A stretch of 63,618 bases of DNA, filler included, from Corallochytrium limacisporum Hawaii (GCA_002811645.1; 3 parts of 2 records of this genome joined end to end with filler, not necessarily neighbours in it), one strand, 5' to 3'; positions 38,005-50,300 are shown, counted from the whole stretch's first letter. Notes: generated by a model from the sequence alone, not told the origin. Numbers and translations are program-made.

Positions 38005-38486
38005 AGTAGGTAAACCACCGTGCGACGAGGGTGGACTTCCTGGGTGGGACACGCAACGGAAGCCAACCCAGCATCAGCACGAAAAAACCCTACCCGGTGT
38101 CCCGGTTATATATTGGCGTGGCAAACCAGCGAAGTATACACTGCTGCAAGTTGGCGCTGTTATCATCCCCTGAACTTTCCGGATCACTGCCAAAGCCACT
38201 CACAGAGCCCCTACGCGGTGAGTGTCCTGTTCGTCTCCGCTACTTTTATACGTGGCCCTTCCGCGGTTTGCCGCGGCAATCAGTTGCGCTGAGAGTATCC
38301 GTGTCGTGTGTATGGGATCTCTGGCCGCTTCTCGGGTCAGCTGACCCACGGATCTCTGTTCCCTACCCAAACACTATCACACCCGAACCGCATTGGCTGT
38401 CGAATTTGACCGAAAACGTTGGTCTGTCGTTGGACACTTCTGGGATCGCGTTCCGGGGAGAAAAAGGGGGGGGTGGGGGGAAATGG

Positions 38487-38704
38487 NNNNNNNNNNNNNN
38501 NNNNNNNNNNNNNNNNNNNNNNNNNNNNNNNNNNNNNNNNNNNNNNNNNNNNNNNNNNNNNNNNNNNNNNNNNNNNNNNNNNNNNNNNNNNNNNNNNNNN
38601 NNNNNNNNNNNNNNNNNNNNNNNNNNNNNNNNNNNNNNNNNNNNNNNNNNNNNNNNNNNNNNNNNNNNNNNNNNNNNNNNNNNNNNNNNNNNNNNNNNNN
38701 NNNN
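38487..38704. other. Assembly gap (218 N)
   Basis: Run of N. Confidence 0.99.
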
Positions 38705-39040
38705 TGGAAGAGAGTTGAGGCCTACGCACAGTCGAAGTCGTGTACTGTGGTGGGGTGCGATAGTGTAGTTTCGCTATATATACCCAAGCAAAGGCAAGAG
38801 ACGTGGAAGTTGGAGGTGGGAGGGAAAGTGGGACTGCCTGAACATTGGAACGGTTTAGTAGGGAGTTTCGAGCACAGATGGCCTCACTGGAATCAGGAGC
38901 TCACATGACTGTGGACTACGTGAAGCATTGGAAGGTACTTGGTGCAGCCGATGTGAATTGTGGATGTTTCATCAATATCTGAATCTATCAGCTACTGGCC
39001 ACGTCACATGAACTCGTAAGGACCACAGCCTGACGCCGCC

Positions 39041-40342
39041 ATGCCCGGAACCTTCCGCTCCCTTGCGACGCCCTTCACCTTCCCTGTTTCCGGGAAAACC
39101 GCTGCCAATCGGTTTGCGAAGGGTGCCATGACCGAAAGCTTGGCTAATGCTTACGATAACGAGCCCAGCCAGGAGCATGTCAACGCGTACCGCACATGGG
39201 GTGAAGGTGGCACTGGATTAATTCTCAGTGGCAATATCATGATCGACAGCCGCTACCTTGAGAATCCTCGTAACGTGGTCTTGGAGGACGACCATGCACT
39301 TGAAAAATTCAAGGTTTGGGTAACGGAAACTAAGAAAGACGGAGCTCTCTTCGTTGCTCAGATCAGTCATCCCGGTCGGCAGTCTCCGTTCTCAGTTACC
39401 TCTCAGCCGATCTGCCCGAGTGAGTCCCAGGTCAGGCTGAAGTCTGCTCCTCCATTCTTCCGCACTGCCCGTGCCATGACAGATGAGGACTACGAAGAGG
39501 TTACCCAGCGCTTTGTAAACACTGCCAAGCTTGCTAAGGAGGCCGGATTTGACGGTGTGCAATTGCACGCGGCCCACGGCTATCTGCTAAGCCAGTCCCT
39601 GAACCCCTTGGTCAACAAGCGCACCGACAAATGGGGTGGTTCTCTGGATAACCGTATGCGGTTGCTTCTTCAGGTTGTGAAAAGGACTCGTGAAGCCGTG
39701 GGTAAGGACTTCATCGTTGGTATTAAGCTGAACACTTCTGATTTCCAAAAGGGGGGATTTAGTGAGGAAGACTCTACTAACGTGGTAAAGGCCTTGGAGG
39801 TAACAAATTCTCTGGACTTTGTCGAGCTGAGCGGTGGAACGTACGAATCTGCAGCTATGATGGGTGCAGCTGGCGTACGGGAGTCAACACGCAAGCGTGA
39901 GGCCTTCTTCCTGGACTATGCTCAAAAGATCAAGCAAGTCACGAAACTGCCAGTCATGCTTACCGGGGGCTTCCGTTCTGCTCCTGCCATGGAGGAGGCC
40001 GTGAAATCTGGTATCGTTGACATGATCGGTATTGCCCGCCCTTTGGTAATGTACCCTGATGCGCCCAAGCAGATTTTTGAGGGCAAAAGGGACACGCTGG
40101 ATCTTCCAGACTTTACCAATCTTACGGGCGTCAAGGACGTCGATGGGCTTCTTGACCCTATGCTGAACAATGTATGGTACGGTGCACAGATCTGGCGCTT
40201 GGGACAGAATTTGCCAGTGGACCCCCAGATGGGCTGGAAGTGGCTGGCCACTGAGGCACCTCTGCGCAACTATGGACTGGACTGGCAGCGTTACTTTGGA
40301 TTCCTTGTCGGACCCAAGCCAATCAAGGTCGGGGAAAACTAA
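39041..40342 (+). CDS. Old yellow enzyme-family NADH:flavin oxidoreductase (ene-reductase)
   Basis: NRFAKGAMTE, QISHPGRQ, AGFDGVQLHAAHGYLLSQ, NKRTDKWGGSLDNRMR, ELSGGTYE, ESTRKREAFFLDYA and IGIARP. Confidence 0.93.
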   Translation: MPGTFRSLATPFTFPVSGKTAANRFAKGAMTESLANAYDNEPSQEHVNAYRTWGEGGTGLILSGNIMIDSRYLENPRNVVLEDDHALEKFKVWVTETKKDGALFVAQISHPGRQSPFSVTSQPICPSESQVRLKSAPPFFRTARAMTDEDYEEVTQRFVNTAKLAKEAGFDGVQLHAAHGYLLSQSLNPLVNKRTDKWGGSLDNRMRLLLQVVKRTREAVGKDFIVGIKLNTSDFQKGGFSEEDSTNVVKALEVTNSLDFVELSGGTYESAAMMGAAGVRESTRKREAFFLDYAQKIKQVTKLPVMLTGGFRSAPAMEEAVKSGIVDMIGIARPLVMYPDAPKQIFEGKRDTLDLPDFTNLTGVKDVDGLLDPMLNNVWYGAQIWRLGQNLPVDPQMGWKWLATEAPLRNYGLDWQRYFGFLVGPKPIKVGEN

Positions 40343-40449
40343 GTATACGAAGAACAAGTAAATTTTGTTTGTGGATCGCAGTAATGCCATAAACCCATGT
40401 CGATCCACTGTAAGTAGCTTACATGATTACCACAATTACAGTTCACGCT

Positions 40450-41472
40450 TTATTGATTATTCTTGCGGATCATCTCGGTCAGGCTTCCACCCAAAACAAC
40501 ATCGATCCAAGTGTCAGGCATGGTCTTGAACATCCACTTAGCGGTCCGCGCTTCCCTTGGGACAACGTAGCGAGTTGCGGGTTGCTTCAACGTCACCGCC
40601 TTGACCATGGCGTCCACAACTACCTGTGGATCAGCCGCACGCTTGGTGATTTCTTGACGGCGCTTCTCGACGTACTGCATGTGCTCCTCGCCACCGTACA
40701 TGCGGCGCAGTTCCGGGCTCGCCTCCGGCCACAATTTGTTTGGACCATTGGCGCTCCCCTGGGTCAAAATTGGAGTTCTAATAAAGCCAGGCTCAATGTT
40801 GACGACCTTAATGCCAAAACCAGCAAATTCTCGTCGCCATCCATCACTCAGGGCCATTACAGCATGCTTAGAAGCAGCATAGGCAGACATGCCTGCCATG
40901 GAAACAGTACCAGCAAGGGAAGCCACATTCACAATGTGCCCTTTGCCTTTGCGAAGCATGGGCAAGCAGGCCTTTGTAACAGCAACAACAGCAATGGTGT
41001 TAAGCTCCAGCTGCCTCCGGAAGTCTGAGACTGGGGTGAAGTCAAGGTACCATCCGAAAGAAGCACCTGCGTTGTTAATCACCGCGTGTAGAGTGCCTCC
41101 TGTCTTGCTCTCGATCAATGACACTGCCTTCTTGATGTCCTCTTCCTTGGTCACGTCCATGACAAAGGCAGTCAAACCCTTGCCAGCCTCCTTCTCCAGA
41201 GCCTTCACATTCTCTTCATTGAGGCATCCCGAGAAAACCGAGAATCCGAGCCTGGCCAACTCCAGAGAAACCTGACGACCAAATCCGGAGTCGCACCCGG
41301 TCACCAGAATCGCCTTAGAGCGATCGGGTACATGGCGACCAGAGCCCGTGAATCCAGTGGACCACAATTCAAGGACTTTCAAACTCACTTTACCGAGCAC
41401 ATAGGCAGCACCGATTGCAGCCAGAACGTTCTTAGCGTTCTCGTTGGTGGCGACCTGTTTGACAACGTCCAT
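40450..41472 (-). CDS. Short-chain dehydrogenase, RDH/17b-HSD6/BDH1 (SDR9C-like) type, copy 1
   Basis: N-terminal hydrophobic anchor, VTGCDSGFG, INNAG, YAASK and IEPGF. ATG placed at 41472. Confidence 0.93.
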   Translation of the reverse strand: MDVVKQVATNENAKNVLAAIGAAYVLGKVSLKVLELWSTGFTGSGRHVPDRSKAILVTGCDSGFGRQVSLELARLGFSVFSGCLNEENVKALEKEAGKGLTAFVMDVTKEEDIKKAVSLIESKTGGTLHAVINNAGASFGWYLDFTPVSDFRRQLELNTIAVVAVTKACLPMLRKGKGHIVNVASLAGTVSMAGMSAYAASKHAVMALSDGWRREFAGFGIKVVNIEPGFIRTPILTQGSANGPNKLWPEASPELRRMYGGEEHMQYVEKRRQEITKRAADPQVVVDAMVKAVTLKQPATRYVVPREARTAKWMFKTMPDTWIDVVLGGSLTEMIRKNNQ

Positions 41473-42406
41473 TATTTCAACAACAATCTTGCTTACCAAC
41501 ACTGATTTCCTAGATGAGCGCGGAGATGGCTTTGCTATGAACTCCGCTAGACCGCTTAAATACCATACATTGGCCGAGACACTTGACACGTATACACACG
41601 CGCACAGAACTCACGTCACGATTCGCTTGGCACTCTGCCCAGGTCGCGGTCGTACACGGTCAAACTCACTCAGCTCCTCAACGACCCCAAACTGTGATCC
41701 TTCCAAATGATTCTATAAAGCAAGCCCTTCCATTTCTTCTGTGCTCAACCTGAACCTTGCCTGATGGAGAATCCAGTGGGTTTCCTAGACACTTTCTCTA
41801 TGTGGAATATCGGATCAGTAGGAGAGTGCGCATAGTGAGACACAGCCCTGGTGCTGGAATGACAATCCGCTGAACGTCACCTGACGCTTGGCTGAACGGA
41901 GGGAGGGAGCCCTTCTGACCCAATCATATTTTCTTACGCCGATACAAATATAGAATGACTCAACCTATATGACTGACACCCGAGCGAGCACTGTTTTTGG
42001 TTTCGCTGGGTTGGAGGAGGGGATCAGTAGAAAATAAACCACAATTCGGGCCAATGTATGAAAAACTATGGGCCCCCGGCGGGACCCGCCCTGCAAAGAG
42101 ATATAACATTAGCCTGCACAGTGGTGCAACGCGGAAGGAGGGCTGTTTGTGGGCAGTTTGTCAATGACATAGATACAAGTAAGTGTAGATGTATCTTTTC
42201 TCGCGATGTTTAGTTTTCCAGTCAGACAGATGGATTTGTGTACATGGTGATGCGATGACGGGCCATTTCATGAACAGACTAAAATGGATCAATAATACAC
42301 ACAGATTGATCGTATGTGGTATGTATTCAAATTTTCAGCGGTGGGTGTGAATCTCTTGCCGTAGATGTTGAATAACCACATACAGCGGTCTGCGTGCAAG
42401 GAGCCA

Positions 42407-43405
42407 TCAGGGCAGGATCACAGAAACAAGATCCATAAAGTACTCAGGTAACAGCCACCTCATTCGCATCAGGACCCTTGCGTGCCGGGGAAGCATATAG
42501 CGTGGGTACGGATTGCGAGCCATAACTGCATCTGTCATGGCGTTCACTATGATTACGGGCTCACCTTGGATTACATTGATGATTTTTCGGGAGTCGTCCA
42601 AGTCTCTTATCAGTCTGTCACCACCATACTTCTCAGAAACTTTTGGATCGGCCGCACGAACAATGTCTTTGCTTTGTTCCAAGCCCGCGACTACCAATGT
42701 TGTGTTGATGAAACCGGGTTCAATCAATACAACCTTAACATCAAATGGGAGCATCTCCACGCGCAGAGTGTCGCTGAAAGCTTGTACGGCATACTTTGTG
42801 CTAGAATAGGCTGCCATTCCGGGCGCACAGACGTGACCACGAAGTGAGGATACATTGACCACGGTACCTTTGGCCCTTTGAATCATGGGAAGAACCTTCT
42901 TGGTGACGTCGACGAGGCCAAAATAGTTCACTTCAAAGCACTTGCGGAACTCTTCCATAGGAGTGAACTCAACTATGAATCCACGACTGATACCAGCATT
43001 GTTGATCACTGCCTGTAGGCGACCACCAGTCTCCTTGCTGATCTGCGACACAACACGATCAACCTGACCTGGTTTGGTCACATCCATCTGGACAGGTTTA
43101 ATGTTGGAGCCGCCCTCCGACTGCAGACCTTGCAGCGAGCTGTCAAACAGACAGGCTGCATACACAGTGAACCCCTTCCTAGCCAAGTTAACAGCGGTGC
43201 CGCGGCCAAAGCCTGAATCGCAGCCGGTCACAAGAATGGCTTTGTCCTTGGAGGGTTGGATGTATCCTCTGGGAACGAGTCCATAGCCGAGGATGCGGAT
43301 AAACGAGTAGGCCACACCCACACCTGCAGTCACCATGCCGAGGTTTCTAAAGACAGCATCGAGGGTGTCCCTGTTCAGGAACGACTTCAAAGTCTGAGCA
43401 TCCAT
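42407..43405 (-). CDS. Short-chain dehydrogenase, SDR9C-like, copy 2
   Basis: N-terminal anchor, VTGCDSGFG, INNAG, YSSTK, IEPGF and NPYPRY. ATG placed at 43405. Confidence 0.93.
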   Translation of the reverse strand: MDAQTLKSFLNRDTLDAVFRNLGMVTAGVGVAYSFIRILGYGLVPRGYIQPSKDKAILVTGCDSGFGRGTAVNLARKGFTVYAACLFDSSLQGLQSEGGSNIKPVQMDVTKPGQVDRVVSQISKETGGRLQAVINNAGISRGFIVEFTPMEEFRKCFEVNYFGLVDVTKKVLPMIQRAKGTVVNVSSLRGHVCAPGMAAYSSTKYAVQAFSDTLRVEMLPFDVKVVLIEPGFINTTLVVAGLEQSKDIVRAADPKVSEKYGGDRLIRDLDDSRKIINVIQGEPVIIVNAMTDAVMARNPYPRYMLPRHARVLMRMRWLLPEYFMDLVSVILP

Positions 43406-44313
43406 TCTGGCGCGCGTTCGTTTTCTAACTAGCACACTCGAGGTTCTGCGTCAGTATAGATTTAAATGCTGTTTATATTCTGCTGGCATTCTCAAGTACG
43501 TTGAAGTGGAAGAATCTAGCGAACACATGTCATAGAACTCCTTCAGGTATGCCTGTCTTGATCTTTGATACTTGAATGGATTAAATCGGCTGCGCGTACC
43601 TAAAGGTGAGATTTAATGAGTGGGACCGCAGAACAAAAAAATTGGTCCAAACGGGCGCCTGACAATATCCAACCATACAAACTATTGTCATCTGCTTGCC
43701 CCCTGTTTTCAGAGCCGCGGCAATTTTTCCGTACCAAAGAGCTCAATTTCTCTTACCGCCCGAAGGGAATTGATCAATCAGCTCCGTCTGCTGATTGGCC
43801 TTACAATAGAATTGTACGGTAGTACCACTATACAAATGTTTGAGCTGACAAAGGTTCTTTTCTTTCCTGCCTGTTTCCTGTACCTCTCGGCTGCGTGGTC
43901 TTGGGCGGGGGCGCAACTGCGCAGATTCAGTCCCAAACGGTTCCGAATGCGAGAAAGGCCGAGGAGGCAGGATCGACTGAGGACGGGCTCGGCAAATATA
44001 CCGCAGACACCCTAAGGCATGAAATATGATTTCCTGATGTCCTGTTTTCGGTTTACGTAAGTCTGGGAACGGGAGACCTAAGAGCTCCGAGCCTGTTGGA
44101 AGTTACTGGACGTGGAGGGGTTGGGGTCCCGGTTGAGCAAGCGGCTATCAATGGGTTTGTCGAGGCCTGAGACCGTTCCCCCGCGGGGGACGGCTGCGGA
44201 AGTCGCCGCCCGGGGAGGCACCCAGGGGTGACTACGCTATTCGGCATGTACTATAGTGATGTCTAATGTGAGTATGGTGAATATATGATATCAGTGTCAT
44301 AAAGGACTGGGGT

Positions 44314-45288
44314 TCATGCATTCTTGATGTGGCCGTTGCCAGGCTTTCCCTGTTTCGCTGCCTTCACGAAGCCATAACTTGCGCAATAGTCTAGTATGGG
44401 AGTGGGAGTGAACTTCACCGCATGGCTAATAAAAGTGGCAATAAAAGGAAGGGTGTATCGAGTGTAGGGACGCTTGGCCATGACAGCATCGGTCATGGCA
44501 TCGACAACAAGCTGAGGGTCATCGGCGAGGTGTTGGACAAGCTTTTCGTGCTTTGACATGTACCTGCTTAGTCTCTTGCCTCCATACTTTGCTACCACAG
44601 CCTGGTCAGCATTGTTCATCACATTCCTAAAGGCATCCATTCCCGAGGCAATGATAGGGGTCTTAATGAAGCTGGGTTCGATCAGGACAACGTTAACGTT
44701 AAATGCCCTCATCTCAGCACGCAGGGAGTCACTGAAAGCTTGTACTGCGTACTTGCTGCTGGCGTAGGCTGCCATAGCAGGAGAGGCGACACGACCGGCG
44801 AGAGATGAGACGTTGACAACAGTTCCTTCATTTTGTTGGATCATGTCCAGAACCTTGGTCGTCACATCAACGAGGGCAAAGAAGTTCACTTCCATTACCC
44901 GCTTGTAATCCTCAAGAGGGGTGAACTCGACGATCATGCCACCTGAAATTCCTGCGTTATTGATCACTGCCTGGAGATGACCACCCGTTTCCTCGCGAAT
45001 TTGCTTCACCATAACATCAACTTCTTTAGGCTTGGTAACGTCACACTTGATGGGAATCATATTCTTACCGCCTTCCTTGCGGAGAGGTGCCAAGGACTTG
45101 TCAAGGAGACAGGCAGCGTAGACAGTGAAGCCCAGATCTGCCAGATGAACAGCTGTCTGACGTCCAAAACCAGTATCACAGCCAGTAATTAAGATAGCTT
45201 TGTCTGCACTGGGCGAAATGTATCCCTGAGGGATAAGAGACTGGAAAATAGTGCCGAAAAGGCCGCTGCAGAAATCAATGGCTTGCAT
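44314..45288 (-). CDS. Short-chain dehydrogenase, SDR9C-like, copy 3
   Basis: ITGCDTGFG, INNAG, YASSK, IEPSF and RPYTRY. ATG placed at 45288. Confidence 0.93.
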   Translation of the reverse strand: MQAIDFCSGLFGTIFQSLIPQGYISPSADKAILITGCDTGFGRQTAVHLADLGFTVYAACLLDKSLAPLRKEGGKNMIPIKCDVTKPKEVDVMVKQIREETGGHLQAVINNAGISGGMIVEFTPLEDYKRVMEVNFFALVDVTTKVLDMIQQNEGTVVNVSSLAGRVASPAMAAYASSKYAVQAFSDSLRAEMRAFNVNVVLIEPSFIKTPIIASGMDAFRNVMNNADQAVVAKYGGKRLSRYMSKHEKLVQHLADDPQLVVDAMTDAVMAKRPYTRYTLPFIATFISHAVKFTPTPILDYCASYGFVKAAKQGKPGNGHIKNA

Positions 45289-46243
45289 GATGGATGTGTT
45301 TCTTTTGTCAATCTGTTTCAAGGTGGGCTTTACTACTGGTCGGTGAGCAATTACAACTCAGATGCAGGTGAACACTTAAGTACCTGTGGATCCCCCTGAA
45401 ACGACCAGTCCTAGTTGCAGCTCACCATCGTTGCAACGAGGAACCCTCATATCGACCCGAAGGCCCGAACCCCCTCCCCGCTACCCATAGTACAGAACAT
45501 ACATTTATGCGTCTATGACATAAAGGCCGATCAGGGAGTCTTCGGCGCACCGAGCCACGCAAAGTGTGCCACTTCAGAGTGGCCGGGTAGATCGTATCTA
45601 GCCAATTCCCCCTACCTCCTGTTTCCTACCCAGTTCCTGTCTATACTAAACGCAACAGAAATTTCCAACGGTCAAATATGGAACTCACAGAAAGGCTTGT
45701 GAGAAACTCTAGTTCAACTGCCACGTCTCCAGCGACAGGCACCCTTGAATTCTTCCTTAGGCACAGGCGAAGTGTTCTCCAGCAACCGCCACCACTCTAT
45801 CTGTCACACATCGACCTTAACTGTCGATCGGGTGAGTCAGGCAGTGGTCATAAGAGAAACCCCCTGCGAGGCGGATTCCGGTACGTTTTGTACTGAGATC
45901 TGAACATTGATTACGGGCGCCCCACTTCCGTACAACCTTTGAGTACACGCCTGGGGGGGGGGGTTTGGAAGCAGAATGAATTTTGTATACGCCCGAAATC
46001 TTTGAAGATCGTTGAAAGGGAAGGCGGGTCTCGGTCTCTGGGGTCTCACTCACCGCCTCAGCAGGGCGAGCTGTCCAGAGGGTTGGTAGGCGGACTCCTA
46101 TTGGCTTAGCCATGTGCTCCTTCAGGTTGGGCGCGACTATTTCAAGCTTGGGTCCTCACCACGCTCTCGTGTTACTCACGTGGAGCTGCACGAATGTTTC
46201 AAGTGCAAGACTTCCTGCATGGTGTGGAGTTCAATGCCGAAGC

Positions 46244-47272
46244 ATGGTTACTGTAATCTGCAACGATTTGTCATTGGACGAAGATGAGTTCGTTTTCTTC
46301 AGAGAGCCAACAAGGAGGATGCGAGTCTCAAATACGCCAGTGGACTTGTTACCAAGTTTGCCGAACTACAATCGCAGAGTTGCTAATTATATCTCGGAAA
46401 TGAATTCTAGTATCCTTAGCTGTCCATCTAACCAGTTGGCCCTACGCACACCAGGTGTCATGATTTGGGTAAGTACATGATCCTTCTCCTTTCGCTCTAG
46501 ATACCAGTAAATAGAGAGCAATATTCTAACTATCCTTGTCATGCAGACGAAAAATGACGGCGCACGCAGATGGGCCCTTAAATTTCTGAAAGAGCTTCGT
46601 TTCCAACCATACCATGTCGCTGAACTGATGCACTTCTGGATGGAACGATTGCTTGCTTATGCTCTTGGTGGCGAGCTGGCGAGATTAGGGTGGAAGCAAA
46701 TGGGGAAATACTACGTAAGCGCTTCCAATGCTGTTATGTTTTCCTTTACTTGCCAGTATCGCACAGTGTCTTTACATTTCTCGGCCTTTGCTGCTCAAAG
46801 TCATGAAATGCTCAGTCCAAGGTGCGGTATTTGGTGCCGTACCCTGCCTAATATGAGTGATTGCAAAATTGTGGACACGAATGCGACTATGGTGGCTCCC
46901 TTTGATACTCCAGCCAAGATGCAGCACTTCTGGAAGCACATGTATGGGTACAGTCTTACACCCTCTGAGGCTGGTCAATGTGTTTGTGTGACCTTTGGGT
47001 CCACTCCGATGGTGTATGTATACCCACGATGCTGCCTGCAAGCGTACCCATTGCGCACTCGACGCCTGCTTCGCGAGGACGATGCGTTTCAGAGGATATT
47101 AGCATATGTAAGGAACTGTACCCTCTTTAAGTCTTTGGGAATGAAATTTGATTTCACTCAAGACCAAAATCTAAAGCTACGATCGGCCATGGAAGCGCAT
47201 GAGTGTGCTGAGCTAGAGAATGAGACTGATACGGCGCCCGCTGTCCCCGATGTAAGCAAGTATTCTAAATAG
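46244..47272 (+). CDS. DUF4708 (C18orf63-like) protein; exon 1 46244-46468, intron 46469-46546, exon 2 46547-47272
   Basis: WCRTLPNM, PFDT..MQHFWKHMYGYSL and VTFG...YVYPRCCL resemble DUF4708. A phase-0 intron (GTAAGT, TTCTAAC, ATGCAG) joins the two ORFs in frame. Confidence 0.75.
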
Positions 47273-47322
47273 ATCAAATATTGTCGAATCATGTCAATAG
47301 AAGCTGTACTAGTTTAATCTTC

Positions 47323-50300
47323 TTAGGTGGGAGAACTCAGATGATACTTAACAAAGAGGTCACTCGGAGCCATTTTCTGTGCGTCGGCATGGAAGACCTG
47401 GGCTTCCTTGTCCTTAGTTCTGGCGGCCAGCACCCGTAGACAGAATTCAGCCCGGCCAGGGGCTCGATCCCGCAGCTCAAAATACGTCTCCACGAGCTCC
47501 TGTGTTGGTGTCAGGATGGACTGGAGGGTGCGAGTAATGTTCAAGAAACGTTGAGTTCTTAGCTCTTCCATTGGAATACCTTCACCATCTCCGTGGAAGA
47601 TGAAGACAGTGTCCTCAAAAACCGTCTGAATGCCGTGAATTTCTTGATTGGATAGCTTCTTGAGGACAACCTTCTGGGCACCCTTGCTTCCGGATGAGGG
47701 TAGACAACGGGTCTCGAACTGCAACAACATGCGATTCCAAAGTATTGAGATCATGCTCGGGAACAAGGTTTCCCGTAGGAATCCTACCATACATTCCATG
47801 ATGGTCTCCAAATGCTGCATAATCGGATTGTTGTAAGGTGACTTGTCCTGCGCAACTGTACTGAGCGCAATCCGCGTGCCAGCACGTCCTCGGTTACCTT
47901 TGCGCTTTCCTTTGTGAGCATGACGTCCAGCTGCACCGTTAGCTTCCATTTCGGCGCCGTCGGTGGAGTCAATGGACAGGTCGCTACCGTGCCTATTCAT
48001 GGCCAGGCGTGATTGACTCTTGTGAAGGCGCGCGAGGGACTTGTTGCAGACTTCATCTGCGCGATTGCGACCAAAAACAGGGATAACATTAAGGATGGCC
48101 GTGAAAGCATTTTCCTCAGCGTCATTTCCCTTTCCCTCAACGATTGAGTTGGCCAATGCCTTGGTGATTGGATCACTGATCTTCTCGGCAATAGCAACGT
48201 AGGCGTGGTTGTTTAAGAAACTTTCAACATGCAAGACTGAATCACCATACAGCCCAAGCGCTCGCTGGCCTTGCGCATGGTGACCAATGCCCCTGTCTTC
48301 ACATTCCTTCTTCATATTTCCCAGACGGCAATGTAAGACGAACAGATTGTTCAATATTGTAAAGCAGCGATGCAAATCATGAACTTTGCTAGCTTCTGAC
48401 TCGCGTAGCCGCCCAAGTTTGGTAATCTTGGTAGAGATGATCGATGCAATCTGCGCTGTGTACTCCTTAATGGCTAGGTTGGTGATAGATGCCATTGTGA
48501 AGTGCATATGGGCACGCATATCTTGCTCAGGCCACTCAATCTCTTCCACGAGATCCCGATGGGCACTGAGAATTGCCATGATGTCCGTCACACTGGAACT
48601 TTCCGTAGCATCGTCAGTCACTGGCACTAGATTGTCCTGACTGAGCGCCAGTTGAACCATGCTACCCATACGACGACGGCTTCGCTCTAGTCGGGCAGTC
48701 ACGAAGGGACGATATAAGCGGCATAAGGCACTCCGGGCATTTGGACACGGGAAATTTGAGTTCTCGCTCTCGTCAATTATGCCGCGCATGAGATAAAAGG
48801 CCTCAAAGAATCCAGTCCCATCAACGTTTTCGATATCCAGGATGCGACGAATGATCTTTTCGTCCACACGGTCCAAGATTACGCTCATTTTCAAGTCCAA
48901 GTAGTTGCAGAATGGCTGCAGAAGGGGGTTATAAATCTTCACGTCAGCAATCAGGCTCTTGGCAAAATTCACCATTGGGAGAGTAACATCGGCTACGCTC
49001 AAATCACCTCGTTTTCGCATGACCTTGCTAAAGTGTGTCTTGCCAATGAGATTAAAGTTTTCGCGCAGCAGCCCTTGAAGTTCAACGCTAAGGCCAGGAA
49101 TGCTGCTGCGCTTGTAGGTATTTGTGATCCTCTCTGGCTCAGCAAACAGCCAAATTTCATATTCAGGCATGCTCTCAATGAACTGCAGAAGCTTCAGGCT
49201 GTCGTACAAGGACATCGGATCTGCGGCAAAGGTTTGATGCAGGGTACGAATTTCATCACGAATCTTCCGGTGGACAGCATTGAAAACTTGGCAGACAACA
49301 TCCTGATTCTCATGACCTAAAACACGAGACATCTTCTCGCTCCAGTATTGCCAGCGGTGAATCAGGTCCCTGATCAACTTATGATCGACCGTACCGTTGC
49401 TTTGCGCACCTCCGTATGAGAGCAAGACTGCCTCCAGTAGCTCCGCTTGGTCCAGGCGATGGTGTTGACGATAAGCCTCTAAGATTAAAAGAGACTCGCG
49501 AGAAAGTAGCCTGCAGTTCATGCCACTGCCAGTCTTCCTACGAGATGCCTCTGCCGTGATCAATGCATCTGCAATCTGCGAAAGGTCTGCCAGAGGATCG
49601 TGTTTTGCAGGTTCCAACACATTTGAAAGTTCTTCTTGCATTGTGCTCAGAATCAGACTGGCAGCACTGTTCAGTAAATGTGCAAAATTCATCAAAGTAT
49701 CCCGAGATGACGTGGTCCCGTTTCCTTCGGCCCGCAGTGCCATCTGCAATTGACTCACTCGTACCCGTGACTCTCCAAGCCATATGTTCGACGTCGGATG
49801 CACCCCAATGGTGACACCACCTTGGGGTGCCTCCAATTCGTGATGTTTATGAACCACTGCTCCAGATCCACCGCAGTGCAAAGTAGACACATGTGTGGAC
49901 CACAAAGCAAGGGGCCTAAGGTCAAACTCCAGATCGTCATCACACTTCACCGTAAGTTGATTGTCAATTTGCTCCAAGTCTTTGACCGGTGCAGTGACCA
50001 TAATAGTCGCACAGGTGAACCCATCAATGACATACTTCAAAGTCGCGGTGTCCTCACGGATGGCACTCATGTAAACATCCTTAGCCTTCATAATGGTAAC
50101 GCGGCCGGCGCTAGGCTTCTTGGGAATGATAATGACATAGCGGATGTCAATAAAGACAATGCAGTCACCGTATACACAGTCATCCACGTCGCTGGAGAAA
50201 GACACGTATACACGACCGTTCAAGCTTGTACCACAGTCATATCCGAGCATCTCCATGTACCTTGTGAACGCTTCTGGAGTCTTTTGAAAGGGAAGATTGT

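Noticed and set aside
37995-38006. AGCAATAACTAG match to the T7 terminator region of cloning vectors
   Set aside because: Only 12 nt match and the flanks do not continue as vector sequence.
38031-38486. ~150-codon open frame running into the N gap
   Set aside because: It has a non-ATG start and no recognisable motif, so it cannot be supported as a gene.
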